Shown: one piece after another, positions 48,101 through 51,083 of the stretch
Position numbering within the stretch: the first letter of the stretch is position 1
Layout: each line of letters opens with the position of its first letter
Source: Candidatus Kapaibacterium sp.
Lineage (GTDB): Bacteria; Bacteroidota; Ignavibacteria; Kapaibacteriales; UBA4661
Length of the DNA stretch: 51,083 bases
Direction: 5' to 3'
Assembly (NCBI GenBank): GCA_025055035.1
Contig: JANWZB010000006.1
Coordinates: forward strand, 1 to 51,083
Made by a program: the position numbers and the translations under genes
The notes under the pieces: generated by a model
Databases searched by the model: none
What the model saw: the letters and a program-made list of their open reading frames with translations, nothing else
What the model was told of the DNA's origin: nothing

Positions 48101-48390
48101 GTTAGCGCTGTACCTAGTATCCGTTGGACACTTTTAAAAGACTCCTCAAGCACTGCTGCTGCATATTGACCAAGATATTCACCACCTTGATGGTAATACA
48201 CATCAAAGCTTCGTGCTTCTATCATTCTCCATTCAAGTGTTTGATATTGCGTACGCATAGACCCAAATTGTGGAGCTTGAGCGTACAGATAGTTATTGTT
48301 CCACACTAGACTACACGCAAGAGCTGCTAAAAGCATCACACGAGAGATGTCATGCAGAGCAGCTGTCGACAAATACTGAAGGCAATTCAT
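45121..48390 (-). CDS. Omp85-family protein with N-terminal zincin-like domain and TolB/PD40 beta-propeller
   Basis: Signal peptide; PEWCIEGLAE; WSP/WRPDG/WSPDS/WSPDG repeats; barrel with PLRGF loop, GVGIR, PVRVDMAW, terminal GFGYNF. Confidence 0.82.
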   Translation of the reverse strand: MNCLQYLSTAALHDISRVMLLAALACSLVWNNNYLYAQAPQFGSMRTQYQTLEWRMIEARSFDVYYHQGGEYLGQYAAAVLEESFKSVQRILGTALTDRLPVVVYTSPYEAEQSNVKEALIPFALSDINILRRSRMVVAFKGDWYEFKRDIVRELTRGIIHLVLYGAVLPPAVGGQFEVPEWCIEGLAEFCANDGTVTYETDMALRAIVSNERFATLNAVERSSIVPIGHALFWYISEKFGAGRIAEFITRVRGLRSMENAFRTTFGLSIDAFSAVWKRELKELYAPDAARSDNIEKIATRITDTDKDGSQANVHPVWSPVRDKSGAERLAYLSAQANTWHVMLYTDGKQKRLERVLSTGKTFEPLRALFWSSTSLLAWRPDGTQIAAVVSTDGADGVMLVNPTTGAQQRLDVRFRIIKGIAWSPDSKLLALAATENEATNLYLYDIATKRLSKLTNDVFTELEPTWSPDGKVLYFLSDRGANLTVASSSASVQLWEYPVHHSDIYSYTLATKQITRLTSTPNERKISLALAHDGKRLLYVSDRSGIYNVYELNLTTYTSTARSNLQYGAWDVELSRSSSLLTFSAMTKSGLNIFSLSAPFERKVSEPEPTQLRKQSMERESAAEKVLAGTSAFSEDTKVQQSHGLIVQYAPDTLRGYGRVALTFENQKMVIPNSEILSQAALQQSRDDNTFAIPGKYPTVPVEYQLGLVTWSATPTFDTFFSSSPSVFQETLLSNLGMVVQGLWMDALGDHRLFAMANLASVLLNLNNNDVLLSYTYLPQIIDYEVQLFRSGRENIIIDQREPVRVLLAYWGASGKAILPLSSDMRIEGKLAILNTLRSSDRTPRVNRSDIILAPEARFVIDNAEIGFFGPISGIRASVQIDAVPGMAGLGFVRGIGDYRQYVSIHNIGTLVARIAAGTNLGDTPQNFLAGGQENAVLGRSVAPEILPFNRAEDIYFVHPVMPLRGFSIADAQGRNFFSVNVEARVMLLRPEHTSSFLSSILYGVQAVCFVDIASAWTNPLRLNLPRAVFDTFDRYVGLAGGDLLMSLGVGIRTYAFGSFPVRVDMAWQNLQSGLMQPRLTIGFGYNF

Positions 48391-48631
48391 AGTTGCAACG
48401 CTCTATCTATGAAATGGAGGAGACACATATATAGACTGGTAGGCGCACTTATGCCCGTTTCGCGCACTACAGCGCTCAGCAGCAAGAGCTTAGTAAGAAA
48501 AACGGCTCAATGGGCAAAAAGTTACACCACTCATTGACAGTGATATGCCTTTAGCGTGTGCGCTTCCTGTGCACGAGTTTAAGAAAAAAACAAACATTCC
48601 CAACAGAAAATTTCTTCCTTCCGTGAAATCG

Positions 48632-48663
48632 TTTGTCTGCTCAGACATTTTTTTGTACATTTG
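48632..48663 (+). promoter_or_regulatory. Bacteroidota-type promoter for etfBA (-33 TTTG, -7 TACATTTG)
   Basis: TTTG(48632-48635)-N20-TACATTTG(48656-48663), matching TTTG-N19-21-TAnnTTTG. Confidence 0.65.
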
Positions 48664-48753
48664 CTTGCTCAACTGTTTATACATCAACTACTCAACTACA
48701 TTGTGAGTGTTTACTGAGTATTTTTTCACTTTTTCAGGAGATGCAGTACGATT

Positions 48754-49497
48754 ATGAATATTCTTGTTGGCCTTTCGCATGTTCCCGATACAACAACGAA
48801 GATTGTTATCGGGGCAGACGGCAAATCTATTGATAATAAAGGCGTAAAGTATATTATGAATCCCTATGATGAGTTCGCTCTCGAAGAGGCGCTTCGCCTG
48901 CGCGAGAAGCACGGTGGAACTGTGACAGCAGTAACGGTTGGAGGCGATACTGCTAAAGAAGTTCTCCGCACTGCTCTAGCATTGCAGGTTGATAAAGCAA
49001 TACTGATTAAGGGAAACAGTACAGATTCATTTGTCGTAGCACAGAATCTTGCAGCACTAGCAAAGGAGCTTCGGCCCGATGTCCTGTTGTTTGGGCGTCA
49101 GAGTATTGATTTTGACTCATTCCAGATCGCTCCTATGGTCGCGGAATTACTCGATATGCCATCAGTAACTATTACATCGAAGCTCGAAATAAACGGCTCT
49201 ACTGTTACAGCTGAACGTGATATCGAAGGCGGAAAAGAAACTCTTGTAACGAGCCTACCTGTTGTCATTTCTGCACAAAAGGGTTTGAATGAACCGCGAT
49301 ACCCAAAGCTTCCAGATATTATGAAAGCAAAGTCGAAACCAATTGAAGAGCGCTCAGCACTAGAAGTCCAAGCTCGCACTGAAGTTGTTGCTCTTGAGCT
49401 TCCACCAGCAAAAGCCAAAGGAAAAATTCTGGGTGATAGCGACAACGACATTGCTGAGCTTGTCAGACTGCTACATGAAGAAGCGAAAGTTATCTAG
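48754..49497 (+). CDS. etfB: Electron transfer flavoprotein beta subunit
   Basis: HVPDT, MNPYDEFALEEAL, GRQSID, ERDIEGG, LNEPRY, IMKAK. Confidence 0.95.
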   Translation: MNILVGLSHVPDTTTKIVIGADGKSIDNKGVKYIMNPYDEFALEEALRLREKHGGTVTAVTVGGDTAKEVLRTALALQVDKAILIKGNSTDSFVVAQNLAALAKELRPDVLLFGRQSIDFDSFQIAPMVAELLDMPSVTITSKLEINGSTVTAERDIEGGKETLVTSLPVVISAQKGLNEPRYPKLPDIMKAKSKPIEERSALEVQARTEVVALELPPAKAKGKILGDSDNDIAELVRLLHEEAKVI

Positions 49498-49505
49498 GTA
49501 TTTAT

Positions 49506-49542
49506 ACAGCGCATATAACCCATATAACACAGCGCATATAAC
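49506..49542. repeat. Short direct repeats between etfB and etfA
   Basis: ACAGCGCATATAAC at 49506 and 49529; CATATAAC three times (49512, 49521, 49535). Confidence 0.8.
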
Positions 49543-49573
49543 ATAGTATTTTTCACCTTTGAACTATCCAGCT

Positions 49574-50542
49574 ATGAACATTCTTGTATATCTCGAAGCC
49601 ATCGATGGAAAGCTTAAAAAAACGGCATTTGAGGCTATTACCGCTGCTCATGCTCTTGCCCAGCAGTTGAGTGGCTCAGTCGTTGGTATTGCTATTGGCT
49701 CTGTTGATACCAGCCCAGCAGGGTTATACGGTCTCACATCGTGCCTTAGTGCTCAGCATCCTCTCCTCGATAAGAAGTCTACTTCTGCATATGCAGAAAC
49801 CCTTGCTCAGGCGGCCCAAGCAGAACAAGCACATATTGTGCTACTGCCAGCATCTGCTACAGGTAAGGAAATTGCTGCCCGTCTTGCTATAAAGCTTCAG
49901 GCAGGGCTTGCAGCTGATACAATCGCCCATGAGGTTGTAGATGGGAAACTGATTGTTACACGTCCAGTGTATGCCGGCAAAGCGCGGCTAAAAATCACAA
50001 TAACAACAGCACAGAAGGTCATCACAATTCGCCCAAATGTTTTTACAGCAAAAAAAGTAGATTCCCCCGTAGAATGCACAATACGCACCTTTTCACCATC
50101 ACTGACGGAAGCTCATGTCAAAGCTGTGGTAACAAGTGTTAGCAGAAATACAGGCAAACTTGATGTCGCTGAGGCAGACATTATCGTATCGGGTGGTCGC
50201 GGTTTGAAAGGTCCTGAGAATTTCTACCTTGTTGAAAATCTTGCAAGTACACTTGGTGGTGCTGTTGGTGCTTCTCGTGCTGTCGTTGATGCAGGATGGC
50301 GTCCTCACAGCGAGCAAGTTGGTCAAACGGGCAAAACTGTTTCCCCTTCGCTCTACGTTGCAGCTGGTATTTCTGGAGCAATTCAACATCTGGCTGGTAT
50401 GTCGTCGTCAAAAGTTATTGTTGCGATTAACAAAGACAAAGATGCACCAATTTTTCAGATTGCCGATTATGGTATCGTGGGTGATGTGTTTGACGTACTT
50501 CCGAAGTTGAACGAGCATATCAAACGTGCTGTAGGAAAATAA
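49574..50542 (+). CDS. etfA: Electron transfer flavoprotein alpha subunit
   Basis: RPVYAG, IVSGGRG, GASRAVVDAGW, QVGQTGK, GISGAIQHLAGM, AINKDKDAPIF. Confidence 0.96.
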   Translation: MNILVYLEAIDGKLKKTAFEAITAAHALAQQLSGSVVGIAIGSVDTSPAGLYGLTSCLSAQHPLLDKKSTSAYAETLAQAAQAEQAHIVLLPASATGKEIAARLAIKLQAGLAADTIAHEVVDGKLIVTRPVYAGKARLKITITTAQKVITIRPNVFTAKKVDSPVECTIRTFSPSLTEAHVKAVVTSVSRNTGKLDVAEADIIVSGGRGLKGPENFYLVENLASTLGGAVGASRAVVDAGWRPHSEQVGQTGKTVSPSLYVAAGISGAIQHLAGMSSSKVIVAINKDKDAPIFQIADYGIVGDVFDVLPKLNEHIKRAVGK

Positions 50543-50587
50543 GCACACGCTTCTTCGACGCGCCGTTCTTATGAAAAGTTTCCCGCT

Positions 50588-50612
50588 TGCCTGCTTGTTA
50601 CACAAGCAGGCA
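50588..50612. terminator. Hairpin between convergent etfA and the downstream ORF (probable terminator)
   Basis: TGCCTGCTTGT-TAC-ACAAGCAGGCA, a perfect 11-bp stem. Confidence 0.65.
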
Positions 50613-50619
50613 CAATCTT

Positions 50620-51069
50620 TTACCTTATATACAACGCGCTTTCTGGTGCTTTAGACTTCCGAAGGGATTCATTAAATGCCTGTGATGCTTTTCCAAGCGC
50701 CCGTACTGTTCGTGCAATTGTCCCCAAAGGCTCAACAATTCCTGTTTGAAGGAACTCTCGCAACCGTCGCAGTTGTAGGCTTAGTGCCTCAACTTCCCCG
50801 AAAATGCCTGTTGAGAACTGCATATCTTGGTGCAACTGTTGCATAAGAAGCGCTGCTGCTCTAGTAAGGCTTTCAAGATTATCCAAAATTCCCGCTATTC
50901 GGCGCTCTGCTTCTCGTATGTTAGCAGGAACACCATTCAGTGCTTGCTCAAGACTCTGAATACTACGTAACGCACGACGCAGGCGTTGCAGTGTAGCAAT
51001 CGCATAGAGGCACAGCGCTGAAAATGATGTGAGCGCAAGGATAAGAGATAGCTGTATCCAAACTTCCAT
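50620..51069 (-). CDS. Single-pass membrane coiled-coil protein (DUF948-like)
   Basis: N-terminal hydrophobic helix followed by an amphipathic coiled coil. Family assignment is by architecture only. Confidence 0.55.
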   Translation of the reverse strand: MEVWIQLSLILALTSFSALCLYAIATLQRLRRALRSIQSLEQALNGVPANIREAERRIAGILDNLESLTRAAALLMQQLHQDMQFSTGIFGEVEALSLQLRRLREFLQTGIVEPLGTIARTVRALGKASQAFNESLRKSKAPESALYIR

Positions 51070-51083
51070 ACGGCAATAATAAA

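Noticed and set aside
48391-48753. Long intergenic region as a riboswitch or ncRNA
   Set aside because: No recognisable aptamer; explained by two divergent promoters.
49536-49546. ATATAACATAG resembling a reversed E. coli XerD arm
   Set aside because: No XerC-like arm at 6-bp spacing; explained by the local CATATAAC repeats.
1-51083. CRISPR array, tRNA/rRNA, IS element, prophage or known defence system
   Set aside because: No repeat-spacer periodicity, RNA-gene signatures, transposase, integrase or phage genes were seen.

Overview
Gene-dense (~45% GC) chromosomal segment with about 38 CDSs and no rRNA, tRNA, CRISPR array or transposase/integrase that I can recognise. SusC/SusD, two T9SS-type C-terminal sorting domains, TAnnTTTG promoters and Shine-Dalgarno sites point to an FCB-group bacterium of the Chlorobi/Ignavibacteria/Kapabacteria type (inference). 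Left to right: pyrC, ArsC-like phosphatase, methyltransferase, recR, ybaB, a pspA-ybjN pair, a CDF transporter, a murein/GlcNAc recycling run (GH1, ECF sigma, NamZ-AmiE fusion, NagX, CBM9, NagB-PIG-L, YpdA), T9SS M1 peptidase, Cys-tailed MarR, a KdpD-like protein with degenerate kinase motifs, a co-oriented MBL hydrolase / D-amino-acid oxidase / M14 peptidase / SusC / SusD / aromatic amino-acid decarboxylase locus, an RND pump, Moco genes (moeB, moaA, mogA) split by a secreted nuclease, rnhB, folE plus a PTPS-II-type synthase, a zincin/beta-propeller/Omp85 fusion, and etfBA. Best leads: (i) a dif-like 28-mer at 40344-40371 and a second, inverted, imperfect dif-like site that together bracket moaA; (ii) the non-glycan SusCD locus; (iii) an intact orphan KdpD pseudokinase; (iv) an animal-type tetrahydrobiopterin entry pair; (v) an Omp85 protein with an inactivated protease domain; (vi) a PspA with a Vipp1-like extra C-terminal helix. 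All calls come from reading motifs by eye; no searches were run.
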